Shown here piece by piece: positions 45,096 through 56,715 of a DNA stretch of 64,000 nucleotides. Position 1 is the stretch's first letter, and every line of letters starts with the position of its first letter. This DNA comes from an uncultured Alphaproteobacteria bacterium (GTDB lineage Bacteria > Pseudomonadota > Alphaproteobacteria > HIMB59 > GCA-002718135). Location of the stretch: the NCBI GenBank assembly GCA_902567855.1, contig CACFOQ010000002.1:15163-79162 (forward strand), read 5' to 3'. The position numbers and the translations under genes are program-made. Below the pieces are notes generated by a model. That model made no database searches. It saw only the letters and a list, made by a program, of their open reading frames with translations, and had not been told where the DNA came from.

Positions 45096-45286
45096 ATTTA
45101 TTTCTCCTCCTAATTAATTATAGAATAACTAAAAAGGAAAATTTAATATTAACAACATTAAAAAAATATATAATAATTATTTATATTTTTCATAAAAAAA
45201 AATTTTTTTATTTTTTTTTATTAAAGAAATAAAATTTTTCTATATAAAAAGATATCTATAAAAAATTATTCTTTAAAAATTATTAA

Positions 45287-46882
45287 TTAAAAAACGGCAG
45301 TTAATAATTCTTTTGTATAATTACTTTTGGGTGAACTAAAAACTTCTTCAGCAGAACCTTGTTCTACAATTTCACCTTTTTTAAGTACAATAATATAATC
45401 AGATACAGAACGAATAACTTTTATATCATGACTAATAAATATATAGCTCAATTCATATTTTTTTTGTAATTTAACTAGAAGTTTAATTATTTGATTTTGT
45501 ATACTTACATCTAGTGCTGAAGTAGGTTCATCTAGAATTAAAAGCTTAGGTTTTAAAATTAAGGCTCTCGCTATTGCTATTCTTTGTCTTTGTCCCCCTG
45601 AAAACTCATGGGGAAAACGGTTTCGAACATCAATATAATTTAAGCCCACTTCATTTAATATATCTATTATCATTTGCTGCTTTTCATTAATTGTTACTTC
45701 TTTCATATGAATATCGAGTCCTTCTCTTACTATTTCTTCTACTGTCATTCTTGGACTTAAAGAACTAAATGGATCTTGAAAAATAATTTGCATATCTTTT
45801 CTAATTTTGATGAGATCTTTGCTTTTTAATTTTGATATATCTAAATTATTAAATAGAATCTTACCCTTAAAAGAAATTAATTTTAAAAGTGCTAGAATTA
45901 AAGAAGTTTTTCCTGATCCAGATTCTCCTACTATTCCTAATGTTTGGTTATAAAATAAGTCTATATTTATTGAATTTACTGCCTTAACATAGTCAATAGT
46001 TCTTTTAAAAATTCCTTTTTTTATGGGATACCAAACTTTCATATCTTGAATTTTTAAAATAGTTTTTTTAGAAATTATTTTTTTTTCTTTATCTATATTT
46101 TTATTACCTATTAATTCTTTTGTATAAACATGCTGAGGATTATTAAATATATTTGATTTCGTATTTTGCTCTACAATAATTCCATCTTTCATTATACAAA
46201 TATAATCAGCAATGTTTTTTACTACAGCTAAATCATGACTTATAAATAAAATTGCCATTTCCAAATTTTTTTGTAATTTTTTTAACAATTTCAATATTTG
46301 TAGTTGAATAGTAACATCTAAAGCAGTTGTAGGTTCATCAGCAATTAATAGATCAGGGTTATTTGCAATACTCATTGCAATCATAACCCTTTGTCTTTGT
46401 CCTCCAGATAATTCATGGGAGTATGATTTTAATCTATTCGATAAATTTTCTAGTCCAACACTTTTTAATAATTCCTTAGTTTTAGTAGAGGCTTCAGCAT
46501 AGGATATTTTTGAATGAATCATTAATATTTCATTAATTTGTTTTTCAATTGTGTGTAGAGGATTTAAGCTCGACATAGGTTCTTGAAATATTGTAGAAAT
46601 ATTATTACCTCTAATATTTTGCATTTCTTTATTTGATATTTGGAGCAAATTTTTATTTTGATAAGTGATTTCACCAGATTCATGAAAAGCTGAAGGATAC
46701 GGTAATAATTTTAAAATACTTAAAGCTGTCACTGTTTTTCCAGATCCTGATTCACCAACTAAAGCAACTGTTTTACCTTTGGGGATATCAAAAGATATAG
46801 AATGAACAACATTATTTTTTTTATTATTCGTTTGAAAACCTATGCTTAAATTTTTAACTGAAATAATATTTGTCATAATCAA
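45287..46882 (-). CDS. yejF: Peptide/microcin-type ABC transporter ATPase with two fused NBDs (YejF-like)
   Basis: Two Walker A motifs (GESGSGKT twice) and two LSGGQRQR signatures. 531 aa. Confidence 0.85.
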   Translation of the reverse strand: MIMTNIISVKNLSIGFQTNNKKNNVVHSISFDIPKGKTVALVGESGSGKTVTALSILKLLPYPSAFHESGEITYQNKNLLQISNKEMQNIRGNNISTIFQEPMSSLNPLHTIEKQINEILMIHSKISYAEASTKTKELLKSVGLENLSNRLKSYSHELSGGQRQRVMIAMSIANNPDLLIADEPTTALDVTIQLQILKLLKKLQKNLEMAILFISHDLAVVKNIADYICIMKDGIIVEQNTKSNIFNNPQHVYTKELIGNKNIDKEKKIISKKTILKIQDMKVWYPIKKGIFKRTIDYVKAVNSINIDLFYNQTLGIVGESGSGKTSLILALLKLISFKGKILFNNLDISKLKSKDLIKIRKDMQIIFQDPFSSLSPRMTVEEIVREGLDIHMKEVTINEKQQMIIDILNEVGLNYIDVRNRFPHEFSGGQRQRIAIARALILKPKLLILDEPTSALDVSIQNQIIKLLVKLQKKYELSYIFISHDIKVIRSVSDYIIVLKKGEIVEQGSAEEVFSSPKSNYTKELLTAVF

Positions 46883-47907
46883 CTAAATGTCTTTCTGGGA
46901 TCTAAAGCATCTCTTATTGCTTCACCAACAAAGACTAAAAGACCAAGCATTAAGCCAAGAGTAAAAAAGCTAGTTAATCCAAGCCATGGAGCTTGTAAAT
47001 TATTTCTTCCTTGATTGACCATTTCACCTAATGAAGCTGAACCAGGTGGCAAACCAAAACCTAAAAAATCTAATCCAGATAACGCTGTGACTGAGGCACT
47101 AAGACTAAAAGGCAAAAAAGTAATAGTCGCAACAGTTGCATTTGGTAACAAATGTCTCAACATAATTGTATTATTTGAAACTCCTAGAGCTTTAGCTGCT
47201 CTTACATAATCCAAGTTTCTTGCACGCAGAAATTCTGCTCTAACTACACCAACATATCCCATCCAACTAAAAAGAAGTAAAATTATTAAAAGCCACCAAA
47301 AATTTGGCTGTACTATACTTGCTAATATTATTAAAACATAAAGTGTAGGTATTGCAGACCAAATTTCCATAAATCTTTGAAAAAATAAATCTGTCTTCCC
47401 ACCAAAATATCCTTGGACTGCTCCAGCAGAAACTCCAATAATCATTGAAAAAAAAGTAAGTGTAAAACCAAATAATATTGAAATTCTAAATCCATAAATT
47501 AATCTTGCCAATACATCTCTAGCTTGATCATCTGTACCAAGCCAATTTTTTTTTGAAGGGGGTGCAGGAGCTGGAACTTCTAAATCTCTAATAATAGTAT
47601 TATATGTATAAGGTATGATAGGCATCACTAACCAACCTTTATTTTCAATTAATTCTATTACATAAGGGTCTCTGTAATCAGCTTCTGTCTCAAAATCTCC
47701 TCCGAAATTTGTTTCTGGATATTCTACAAAAATTGGAAAATATAAATTATTATTATATTTTATTATCAAAGGTTTATCATTTGCAATAAAATCTGCAAAA
47801 ACTGATATAAAAAATAAAAAACTAAATATCCAAAAAGAATACCAACCTCTTTTATTTAACTTAAAATTATTTAATCTTCTTCTATTAAGAGGAGAAATTT
47901 TCATCAA
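46879..47907 (-). CDS. yejE: ABC permease (YejE-like)
   Basis: DppC-type permease, 342 aa. 4-nt overlaps with its neighbours. Confidence 0.75.
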   Translation of the reverse strand: MMKISPLNRRRLNNFKLNKRGWYSFWIFSFLFFISVFADFIANDKPLIIKYNNNLYFPIFVEYPETNFGGDFETEADYRDPYVIELIENKGWLVMPIIPYTYNTIIRDLEVPAPAPPSKKNWLGTDDQARDVLARLIYGFRISILFGFTLTFFSMIIGVSAGAVQGYFGGKTDLFFQRFMEIWSAIPTLYVLIILASIVQPNFWWLLIILLLFSWMGYVGVVRAEFLRARNLDYVRAAKALGVSNNTIMLRHLLPNATVATITFLPFSLSASVTALSGLDFLGFGLPPGSASLGEMVNQGRNNLQAPWLGLTSFFTLGLMLGLLVFVGEAIRDALDPRKTFS

Positions 47908-49010
47908 TATTCTCTTGTTTCAAAATCTATTCTAGGATCAATTATTGAATACATAATATCTCCAAGTATTCCCATGATTAACCCAAGCAGTGAAAAGAAA
48001 TACAAAGTTGCAAATATTACAGGGTAATCTCTGGTTAAAGCTGCTTCATATCCCAGTAACCCTAATCCATCTAATGAAAATATAACTTCAATAAATAGAG
48101 AGCTAGAAAAAAGTATTCCTATAAAAGCAGATGGAAAACCTGCTATTACTATTAGCATAGCATTTCGAAATACATGTCCATATAATACTTTTCTTTCAGG
48201 TAAACCTTTAGCTCTGGCGGTCATTACATATTGTTGATTTATTTGATCAAGAAAAGAATTTTTAGTTAAAAAAGTTAAACCTGCAAAACCACTGACTACC
48301 ATAGCTAGCAAGGGAAGAGTTAAATGCCAAAAATAATCTTTTATCTTTAATACAAAACTAAGGTCTTCAAAATTTTCAGAAACTAACCCTCGCAGAGGAA
48401 AAATATCATAATACCTACCACCTGCAAAAAATACAATTAGTATAACTGCAAATAAAAAATTTGGAATGGCATAACCAATAGTAATAATTGTACTAGATGT
48501 TATATCAAATTGACTACCATCCTTTACTGCTTTTCTAATGCCTAGTGGTATAGAAATTAAATACACAAGAAGAGTGGTCCATAATCCTAAAGATATAGAA
48601 ACTGGCATTTTATCTAAAACTAAATCTATAACCTTTTGATCTCTAAAAAAACTTTCACCAAAATCAAAAGTTAAATAATTTATTATCATTTCAAAAAAAC
48701 GTTTGTGAGCAGGCTTATCCATCCCATACATCTTTTCAATTTCTTTAATTATGTCGGGATCAAGTCCCTGTGCACCTCTGTATTTTGAATCAAAAGTAGA
48801 AGATTCAGAATAATCAAATGAGTTAAGATTCTCACCTTCATCAGCACCTGAAAATCTAGCAGTAGATTCAACTGCTGTTCCAGTCATCTGAGCAATCATT
48901 TGTTCAACAGGTCCTCCAGGAACAATTTGAACAACGGCAAAATTAATTATCATAATTCCTAGAAGGGTAGGAATAACTAGAAGTAACCGTCTAAAGATGT
49001 ATGCGGTCAT
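47904..49010 (-). CDS. yejB: ABC permease (YejB-like)
   Basis: DppB-type permease, 368 aa. Confidence 0.75.
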   Translation of the reverse strand: MTAYIFRRLLLVIPTLLGIMIINFAVVQIVPGGPVEQMIAQMTGTAVESTARFSGADEGENLNSFDYSESSTFDSKYRGAQGLDPDIIKEIEKMYGMDKPAHKRFFEMIINYLTFDFGESFFRDQKVIDLVLDKMPVSISLGLWTTLLVYLISIPLGIRKAVKDGSQFDITSSTIITIGYAIPNFLFAVILIVFFAGGRYYDIFPLRGLVSENFEDLSFVLKIKDYFWHLTLPLLAMVVSGFAGLTFLTKNSFLDQINQQYVMTARAKGLPERKVLYGHVFRNAMLIVIAGFPSAFIGILFSSSLFIEVIFSLDGLGLLGYEAALTRDYPVIFATLYFFSLLGLIMGILGDIMYSIIDPRIDFETREY

Positions 49011-49060
49011 AGATTTTAATTATATCATTTTTTATGATTAAAAGATGATTATTCTATTAA

Positions 49061-50887
49061 CTATTCTAAAGATTTTTTTGTTTGACGAATATTTTTTTCT
49101 TTTTCAGGATCTATCCACCAAGTATTTGTGCCAAGTGAATATTTAGGTCTTATTTCTGGCTTATCAAATATATCCCAATATAGAGTTCTATATGAAGAAA
49201 TATGCCATTGTGGAATTACATAATGTCCCCATAGTAAAACTCTGTCTAAAGCTCTTGTTGATTGAATAAGCTCTTCTCTATTTTTAGCAGAAATAACTTT
49301 TTCAATTAATAAATCTATAACATCATTTTCTATTCCAATGATATTTCTAGAGCCATTAGTTTTAGCAGCATCTGAACCCCAAAAATTTCTTTGTTCATTT
49401 CCTGGTGATAATGATTGAGAAAATGTACTAACAATCATATCAAAATCAAATGAATCTATTCTATTTTGATATTGAGCACTATCAATCGTTCTAACACTTA
49501 CTTCAATTCCAAGTTTTTTTAAGTTGTCTACAAACGGCAGAACAATTCTTTCAAAAGCAGGAGATACTAAAAGTATTTCAAAAACAAACTTTTTCCCTGT
49601 AATATTGTGTACTAAGTTTCCTTCTTTTAAAATCCATCCTGATTGTTTTAATAACTCAGTAGCTTTTTGTAATTCTTTTCTTATAAAACCAGATCCATCA
49701 GTTTCTGGTACATTAAACTCAGTTTTAAACATTTGTTGAGGTAGTTGATCCATATACGAATGTAGTAAATCTAATTCTTTGCCTGACGGTAGTCCTGATG
49801 ATGCTAGTTCAGAATTTTCAAAAAAACTGTTTGTTCTTTTATAAGCATCATAAAATAAGTTTTTATTAGTCCATTCAAAATCAAAGGCGTATGACAATGC
49901 TTCTCTTACTTTTTTATCTTTAAAAATTTCTCTTCGAGTATTGTAAACGAAAGCTTGCATACCTTGAGGATTTTCATGACTAATTAAATCTTTTTTAATT
50001 AAATTATTTTTTACAGCGGGAATTTCATAACTTGTAGCCCACTCTTTTGAAGAATTTTCTGAAAAAAAGTCTATATCACCTGACTTAAATGCTTCACGCT
50101 CAATTGATCTGTCTTTATAGTATTCATATTGAATAATACCAAAATTTTCAGTACCTTTTTTTATAGGTATGTTTTTCCCCCAGTAATTATTATCTAGTTC
50201 ATAAGTAATTGATCTTCCTGCATCAAAATCTTTAATTCTATATGGGCCACTACCAATTGGAATTTCTAATGTAGTTTCTTCAAAATTTTTATTCTCCCAA
50301 TAATGTTTTGGTAATACTGGTAGCTGACCTACAATTAGAGCTAATTCTAAATTGGTATTTCCTTTGAAATTAAATCGAACTTTATTATTACTTTCTTTAA
50401 TTGCCTCAACTACATCTCCATAATAATATTTATAAAAAGGATGACCTTTTTCCATTAGTGTGTTGAAAGTCCAAATTACATCTTCTGGTGTAATTTTTTT
50501 TCCATCATGCCAAATTGCTTCTTCTCGAATAGTATATGCTACCCATGAGCGATCTTCTGGCCATTCAATACTTTCTGCAATCAGGCCATATTCTGTAAAA
50601 GCTTCATCACTTGAACTTGTAGTTAGAGTTTCATATAAATTTCCAATTCCAGCAGCTGCAGAACCTTTTAAAATAAAAGGATTAAAAGAATCATATGATC
50701 CAGTACTACTAAAAGTCACCTTCCCGCCTTTTAGAGCGTTTGGGTTAACATAATCTACATGTTTGAAATCACTGGAATATTTTGGACTTCCATGCATGGC
50801 TATTGCATGTGAATTATTAATTTCTGCTTTGACAGATATTGTTAATAATAAAAAACAGATAAAATAATAAATTTTAATAAATTTCAT
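49061..50887 (-). CDS. yejA: Extracellular solute-binding protein family 5 (YejA-like, about 600 aa)
   Basis: Signal peptide. Length and operon context match YejABEF. Confidence 0.7.
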   Translation of the reverse strand: MKFIKIYYFICFLLLTISVKAEINNSHAIAMHGSPKYSSDFKHVDYVNPNALKGGKVTFSSTGSYDSFNPFILKGSAAAGIGNLYETLTTSSSDEAFTEYGLIAESIEWPEDRSWVAYTIREEAIWHDGKKITPEDVIWTFNTLMEKGHPFYKYYYGDVVEAIKESNNKVRFNFKGNTNLELALIVGQLPVLPKHYWENKNFEETTLEIPIGSGPYRIKDFDAGRSITYELDNNYWGKNIPIKKGTENFGIIQYEYYKDRSIEREAFKSGDIDFFSENSSKEWATSYEIPAVKNNLIKKDLISHENPQGMQAFVYNTRREIFKDKKVREALSYAFDFEWTNKNLFYDAYKRTNSFFENSELASSGLPSGKELDLLHSYMDQLPQQMFKTEFNVPETDGSGFIRKELQKATELLKQSGWILKEGNLVHNITGKKFVFEILLVSPAFERIVLPFVDNLKKLGIEVSVRTIDSAQYQNRIDSFDFDMIVSTFSQSLSPGNEQRNFWGSDAAKTNGSRNIIGIENDVIDLLIEKVISAKNREELIQSTRALDRVLLWGHYVIPQWHISSYRTLYWDIFDKPEIRPKYSLGTNTWWIDPEKEKNIRQTKKSLE

Positions 50888-50918
50888 TGTTTAAATATAA
50901 TTCAAAAATATAAAATAG

Positions 50919-51701
50919 CTAATTATTAATGATATCAATTATTTGATTATGTAAAGCTTTATTTGCAGTCGCAAGAATACTACCATCTGAATTAATAGTT
51001 ATAGGTTGCCCATATTTATCAGTTACTATTCCACCAGCACCTTCAATCACAGGAATTAAAGCCATATAATCATGAGCTTTTAGTGTATCTTCTAATACTA
51101 TATCTATTAAACCCGAAGCTATCATCCCGTACATATAACAATCTCCACCTAATCTGTAATATTTCGTTTGTTTAATTATTTTATCACAACTTTTTTTAAA
51201 GTGTTCATTTTCTAAATATAAACCAGAAGTACAAAAATAACTTTTGTTTACTGAAGTAGTATTGGATGTTTTAACAGTTCCATCATTCATAGTTGTTTTT
51301 TTATCTATTATACCTATCCATCTTTCATTGTGCATCGGACAATTAATAATGCCAATTATAGGTTTGCCGTTATGGATAAGGGCAATTAAAGTTCCAAAAT
51401 CTTTATGACCAGCAATAAAACTTCTTGTTCCGTCTATTGGGTCAATTACCCAAAGAAATTCTGAGTCAACATTTTGAGAATCAAACTCTTCCCCAAGTAT
51501 TCCATGACTTGGATATTTTTTATTTATTAAATCCCTAATTTTTAATTCAACTTCTTTATCTGCTAAAGTGACAGGACTTTTATCCTCTTTACTTTCTATA
51601 TTTAAGGCAGTTCTAAAATAATTTTTTATTAGCTTTTCTGATTCATCAGCAAGATGTTTAGAAAAGTTTATAAATTCATCTAAATTTGAAAGCACGAACA
51701 A
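50919..51701 (-). CDS. Inositol-monophosphatase-family phosphatase (possibly histidinol-phosphatase HisN type)
   Basis: WVIDPIDGT and GEE motifs. 260 aa. Confidence 0.75.
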   Translation of the reverse strand: MFVLSNLDEFINFSKHLADESEKLIKNYFRTALNIESKEDKSPVTLADKEVELKIRDLINKKYPSHGILGEEFDSQNVDSEFLWVIDPIDGTRSFIAGHKDFGTLIALIHNGKPIIGIINCPMHNERWIGIIDKKTTMNDGTVKTSNTTSVNKSYFCTSGLYLENEHFKKSCDKIIKQTKYYRLGGDCYMYGMIASGLIDIVLEDTLKAHDYMALIPVIEGAGGIVTDKYGQPITINSDGSILATANKALHNQIIDIINN

Positions 51702-51716
51702 TTAATAACTTATATT

Positions 51717-52262
51717 TTATGGAAGTGGTACTGGATTATCAGATTGTTCTCTCATGAATAAGATTAAATTTGCTCTATCTTCAGCTTTTTTAAGTCCAGC
51801 AAAATTCATTTTAGTACCCTTAATGTAATCTTTAGGTTTATATAGAAATTTAGAAAGTTCTTCATAGCCCCATACGCCTCCAAATTCTGCTAAAGCACCA
51901 GAATAAGCAAAGCCATCTACATTTGCTTTAGGTCTATTTACAATATTCCATAAATTTGGCCCCACTTTATTTTTACCATCTTTTGTGTAACTATGACAAG
52001 ATCCACATTTCTTATAAGTTTTTTCTCCTTTTTCTAATGAAGCACTGGCAAGTAATGTTAAGATAGATTCTATTTCTATTTCTGAAGTATCTTTATTTTC
52101 TTCTGTTGCAGTAGATTCTGTGATTTCAACATTATAGGCAGTTTTAGTATTTGAGTCTTTATTTGGATTAACTAAATAATCTCCAATATTAGAGATTAAA
52201 AAAACTATAAGAACTGCCATAATTATAGCAGCAAGAATTTTATTAACTTCAAGACTAGACAT
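51717..52262 (-). CDS. cycM: Membrane-anchored c-type cytochrome (CycM-like)
   Basis: N-terminal TM anchor and a single CGSCH heme motif. 181 aa. Confidence 0.75.
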   Translation of the reverse strand: MSSLEVNKILAAIIMAVLIVFLISNIGDYLVNPNKDSNTKTAYNVEITESTATEENKDTSEIEIESILTLLASASLEKGEKTYKKCGSCHSYTKDGKNKVGPNLWNIVNRPKANVDGFAYSGALAEFGGVWGYEELSKFLYKPKDYIKGTKMNFAGLKKAEDRANLILFMREQSDNPVPLP

Positions 52263-52339
52263 GTGTAAGAACCATATATAGTTTTTTTTATAAAATGAAT
52301 AGAGTTCAAATCATTCAAATAATTTTTTTAATAGTTTAA

Positions 52340-53083
52340 TTGTCGCATAAACATATGAAAACAATAATTATTATTCCAGCAAGAATGGCTTCACAAAGAT
52401 TTCCTAATAAACCTATGGCTTTAATTGACGGAATACCAATGATTCAAAGGGTATGGGAAAAAGCAAAATTAGCCAATATTGGAGAAGTGGTCGTAGCATG
52501 TTGTGAAAAAATAGTTTTTGATAAAATTAATTCTATTGGTGGTACAGCAATAATGACAAACCCTGATTTGCCTAGTGGAACTGATCGAGTTTATGAAATT
52601 ATTAATAACCATCCAAATGCTAATCAATTTGAATGTATAATTAATTTACAAGGAGATATGCCTTTAGTTGATCCTAATGATATTCAAAAAGTCAGTATAC
52701 CTTTAATGCAAGGTTTTGATATTGGTACATTAGTTACCCATATATCTGAAGAAGAGGAAAAAAATATTAATATTACTAAGGCTAAGGTAAACTGGATAAA
52801 AAGAGAAAATATTGGGGAAGCAATAGATTTCTATAAAAAACCAAAAAAAGTTTTAAAAAATATTTATCACCATATTGGAATATATAGTTTTAGAATTAAT
52901 AGTTTAAAAAAGTTTATAGGTTTAAAACCGTCAGAAAATGAATTATTTCATAAGCTTGAACAATGGCGTGCACTTGATTCCAATATGACTATCGGTACAA
53001 AATATATAGATGAATCATATTTTGGTGTTGATACAGAAGAAGATTTGCTTAAAGCAGAAAATATTATAAAGGATAAAAAATGA
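52340..53083 (+). CDS. kdsB: 3-deoxy-manno-octulosonate cytidylyltransferase
   Basis: IIPAR..S.RFP.KP start and GDMP motif. The likely true start is the ATG at 52355. Confidence 0.85.
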   Translation: MSHKHMKTIIIIPARMASQRFPNKPMALIDGIPMIQRVWEKAKLANIGEVVVACCEKIVFDKINSIGGTAIMTNPDLPSGTDRVYEIINNHPNANQFECIINLQGDMPLVDPNDIQKVSIPLMQGFDIGTLVTHISEEEEKNINITKAKVNWIKRENIGEAIDFYKKPKKVLKNIYHHIGIYSFRINSLKKFIGLKPSENELFHKLEQWRALDSNMTIGTKYIDESYFGVDTEEDLLKAENIIKDKK

Positions 53084-53922
53084 ATACAAATTTCAAATTT
53101 TCTTTTCAAGGAGTTAATGGTGCTTATAGTGAATTAGCAGGTATTGATCTTTATCCAAACTACAACTCAATTCCATGTAAAACTTTTGAAGAAATGTTTG
53201 AAAAAGTTAGGGAAAAAAAAGCTGAAATTGCTATTGTTCCTATAGAGAACTCTAGAGCTGGTAGAGTAGGTGATACACAAAGATTAATACCTGACTCTAA
53301 ATTGAAAATTATCGGAGAATATTTTTTAGAAGTAAATCATTGTCTTTTAGGTATTCCTGGTTCTACACTGCAAGAAATAAAAAGAGTACATAGTCATGAA
53401 CAAGCGATTGCTCAATGTAGAAATAATTTAATTAAACACAACAAAGATATGATAGTAGCCGCTGATACAGCAGGAGCAGCTAAAATGGTTTCAGAATTAA
53501 ACCGGAAAGAGGATGCAGCAATAGCTTCTGAACTTGCAGCAAAAACTTATTCTTTAGACATATTGCAAAATAATTTTCAAGACTCTGAAAAAAATGTAAC
53601 TCGTTTTTTAATTATGTCTAATAATCTTAATACTCCAGATAGTAATGATGACGACTTAATGACCACCTTAGTTTTTGAATTAAAAAGTATTCCAGCCGCT
53701 TTGTACAAAGCCCTTGGAGGACTAGCAAGTAATGGGGTAAATATGACAAAATTAGAAAGCTATATAAATCCCCAAGGTTTTGATGTTGCTCAATTTTATA
53801 CTGATATTGAGGGACATCCAGAGAATCAAAAGGTTAAATTAGCTTTAGAAGAAATGAAGTATTACTGTAAGCATGTTGATATACTAGGTGTTTATAAAAT
53901 GTCTAATTTTAGAAAAAAATAA
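53080..53922 (+). CDS. pheA: Prephenate dehydratase
   Basis: PDT domain with TRF motif (NVTRFLIM) and a C-terminal ACT domain. Confidence 0.85.
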   Translation: MNTNFKFSFQGVNGAYSELAGIDLYPNYNSIPCKTFEEMFEKVREKKAEIAIVPIENSRAGRVGDTQRLIPDSKLKIIGEYFLEVNHCLLGIPGSTLQEIKRVHSHEQAIAQCRNNLIKHNKDMIVAADTAGAAKMVSELNRKEDAAIASELAAKTYSLDILQNNFQDSEKNVTRFLIMSNNLNTPDSNDDDLMTTLVFELKSIPAALYKALGGLASNGVNMTKLESYINPQGFDVAQFYTDIEGHPENQKVKLALEEMKYYCKHVDILGVYKMSNFRKK

Positions 53923-53978
53923 TAAAATAGTTGTAACTGAGAGTAGGCCTTTTTTACCAATAATGTTATATTGAAGTT

Positions 53979-54068
53979 GGAAGGTATTGAGGGCAAATAA
54001 CTTGCTAATCCAGTCAGATCTGAAAAGAAGCAGCTGTAACAAGCTTATTTGGGTCTCTTTTGCCTTCC
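53979..54068 (+). ncRNA. ffs: Signal recognition particle RNA (small 4.5S type)
   Basis: ccagtcagatctgaaaagaagcagc resembles the conserved domain IV (CCAGGUCAGGUCCGGAAGGAAGCAGC). Closing helix ggaagg.../...ccttcc. Conserved position upstream of dnaX. Ends are approximate. Confidence 0.7.
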
Positions 54069-54102
54069 ATTAAAAAATTTGCAAATGAAAGTTTAATTAT
54101 TA

Positions 54103-55779
54103 ATGAATAATGAATATAAGGTTTTAGCGAGAAAATACCGCCCTCAAAAATTTAGCGATTTAATTGGACAAGAAGTATTAGTAAAGACTTTAACAAATTC
54201 AATATTACAAAACCGTATCGCTCATGCTTATATTTTAACAGGTGTTAGAGGTGTAGGAAAAACAACTACTGCAAGATTAATAGCAATGAGTTTGAATTGT
54301 GAAAACCGATCTGAAAAAACTTGTGAACCTTGTGGTAAATGTAACTCATGTTTAGCAGTGCTTGAAGATAATAATCTTGATGTTCTTGAAATGGACGCTG
54401 CAAGTAAAACAGGCGTTGATGATATTCGTGAAATAATTGATAATATTAAATATAAGCCTGTTAATAGTAAATATAAAATTTTTATTATTGATGAAGTTCA
54501 CATGCTATCAAAAAGTGCATTTAACGCACTTTTAAAAACCTTAGAAGAACCTCCTGAACATATAAAATTTATATTTGCTACTACAGAAGTTAAAAAGATA
54601 CCTATAACTATTATTTCTCGCTGTCAGAGGTTTGATTTATTAAGAATTCAGATAAAAGATTTAAGTGAGCAACTATCAAAAATATCAATAGAGGAAAAAA
54701 TAAAAATAGATCAAGAAGCTCTTAATTTAATTGTTCGTTCTGCTGATGGTTCTATGCGAGATGGTTTAAGCCTACTTGATCAAGCTATAGCAAATGAAAA
54801 TGACAATATAACAGCTATGTCAATTATTAAAATGTTAGGTTTAGCCAATAGAGAGGGAGTATTTGATCTTTTAGAGTCAATTTTTAATGGAGATGCACCA
54901 CAGGCTATAAAAATCTATAATTCTATTTATGAAGCTGGTGCAGATGTTGTTATGATTTTTGATGAAATGTTGAATATTGTTCATTTTATTACTCAGATGA
55001 AAATTGCACCTGAATTAAAAAATGAAATTTATATTCCAGAGTTAGAGAGAACAAGAGGTCAAGAAATATCCTCTAAAATTTCAATGACATCTTTAGGTAT
55101 GGTTTGGCAGGTTTTATTCAAAGGATATGAAGAATTACAATCAGGTTACCATCTATTTCAACATGGAGAGATGATAATATTGAGGTTAATACATTTATAT
55201 GACGGGCCAAATCCTGATGACTTAATAAAAAAATATTCTACATCTAATATAGAAGAAAATACTGCATTGAACAAAAAAAAAGATGAATTAAATATAGCTG
55301 AAAACAATCAAGCAAATATAATTAAGAATGTTGAGCAAAAATCAACAAATATTAAGGGAATAATATCTGTTAATTCTTACAGACATTTTGTAGAATTATT
55401 TTACAAAAATAAAGAAGCTATTTTGCATACTAATTTATACAACAATGTTAAACTTATTTCATTTAAAGATGGAGAAATAGAAATTAATTCAAGCTCTATT
55501 TCTGATAAACACTTTAACAGAACTATAGCAAAATTAATTTCTAAGTGGACAGGCAGAATTTGGCAAGTTAGTAACAGCACTAGCAACCTTGGTCAAAGCT
55601 TATATGAGGAAGATTTAATTCAAGAACAAAAAGAAATTGATCAGATGAAAGATGACCCAGAAGTTAAAAATCTACTAGACTCTTTTCCAGGAATTAAAAT
55701 TCACTCAATTACTAATATTAAAGAGACTATTGCAGAAGAAAATGAAACAATTCAAACCAGTACAAAAAAGGAGAAATAA
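54103..55779 (+). CDS. dnaX: DNA polymerase III subunits gamma/tau
   Basis: LARKYRPQKF, GVRGVGKTT Walker A, Cys-rich zinc module CEPCGKCNSC, IDEVHML. Confidence 0.9.
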   Translation: MNNEYKVLARKYRPQKFSDLIGQEVLVKTLTNSILQNRIAHAYILTGVRGVGKTTTARLIAMSLNCENRSEKTCEPCGKCNSCLAVLEDNNLDVLEMDAASKTGVDDIREIIDNIKYKPVNSKYKIFIIDEVHMLSKSAFNALLKTLEEPPEHIKFIFATTEVKKIPITIISRCQRFDLLRIQIKDLSEQLSKISIEEKIKIDQEALNLIVRSADGSMRDGLSLLDQAIANENDNITAMSIIKMLGLANREGVFDLLESIFNGDAPQAIKIYNSIYEAGADVVMIFDEMLNIVHFITQMKIAPELKNEIYIPELERTRGQEISSKISMTSLGMVWQVLFKGYEELQSGYHLFQHGEMIILRLIHLYDGPNPDDLIKKYSTSNIEENTALNKKKDELNIAENNQANIIKNVEQKSTNIKGIISVNSYRHFVELFYKNKEAILHTNLYNNVKLISFKDGEIEINSSSISDKHFNRTIAKLISKWTGRIWQVSNSTSNLGQSLYEEDLIQEQKEIDQMKDDPEVKNLLDSFPGIKIHSITNIKETIAEENETIQTSTKKEK

Positions 55780-56102
55780 TGGTAAATATAGGAAATATGA
55801 TGAAGCAAGCACAGCAGCTTCAAAAAAAAATGTCTGAGGCACAAGAAAAATTAAATTCCATAGAAGTTGAGGGTGTTTCAGGAGGAGGCTTAGTAAAAGT
55901 TACAGCAACTGCAAAAGGTGAAATTAAAAGAATATTACTTGATGAATCTTTATTAAAAAAAGAAGATAAAGAAATGACTGAAGATTTGATAGTTGCTGCT
56001 ATTAATGATGCAAAACAAAAAGGTGAAGTTGCCTCACAAGAAGAAATGAAATCTTTAACTGGAGGATTACCTTTGCCACCTGGAATGAAATTGCCTTTTT
56101 AA
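55779..56102 (+). CDS. ybaB: Nucleoid-associated protein YbaB/EbfC
   Basis: 107 aa. MMKQAQQLQKKM start. dnaX-ybaB-recR synteny. Confidence 0.85.
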   Translation: MVNIGNMMKQAQQLQKKMSEAQEKLNSIEVEGVSGGGLVKVTATAKGEIKRILLDESLLKKEDKEMTEDLIVAAINDAKQKGEVASQEEMKSLTGGLPLPPGMKLPF

Positions 56103-56106
56103 TATA

Positions 56107-56709
56107 TTGATGAATAGTTCTGAGATAGATATATTGATAAACGAAATATCAAAACTCCCTGGATTGGGAAGACGATCAGCTCAGCGTATTGCTATTTACT
56201 TATTAAAAAACAAAAGTGCTAAACTCTCACCTTTAATTAAAACACTTACTGATGCCCAAACAAAGATTGTAGATTGTAATAAATGTGGAAATATTGATAT
56301 GATTGATCCTTGTAACTTATGCCAAAATAGCAAAAGAGATGATAATACCATCCTAGTAGTAGAAGATGTATCTGATCTATGGACTTTTGAAAGAACAGGT
56401 TTTTATAAAGGTAAATATCACGTATTAGGAGGATCTTTGTCAGCAATGAACGGTTTAGGTATTAATGAACTTAGAATAAGTAAATTAATTGACCGAATTA
56501 AAGTACAAAAAATAGATGAAGTAATTCTTGCTTTAAGTACTACCATGGAAGGCCAAACTACCAGCCATGTTATTGCAGATAAACTTGAAACATTTAAAGA
56601 TTTAACTATTACTCGTTTAGCCCAAGGTATACCTATGGGTGGAGAGGTGCATTTTTTAGATGAAAATACTTTAAATGCAGCATTTCAATCAAGAAAAAAA
56701 ATTATTTAA
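56107..56709 (+). CDS. recR: Recombination protein RecR
   Basis: LPGLG..SAQR HhH motif, C4 zinc finger CNKCGN..C.LC, Toprim domain. ATG at 56110. Confidence 0.9.
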   Translation: MMNSSEIDILINEISKLPGLGRRSAQRIAIYLLKNKSAKLSPLIKTLTDAQTKIVDCNKCGNIDMIDPCNLCQNSKRDDNTILVVEDVSDLWTFERTGFYKGKYHVLGGSLSAMNGLGINELRISKLIDRIKVQKIDEVILALSTTMEGQTTSHVIADKLETFKDLTITRLAQGIPMGGEVHFLDENTLNAAFQSRKKII

Positions 56710-56715
56710 CTTTGA

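Noticed and set aside
53931-53960. Terminator after pheA (aggcct followed by ttttt)
   Set aside because: The stem is only a 6-nt palindrome with no loop, which is not convincing. The region is better explained as the SRP RNA upstream flank.
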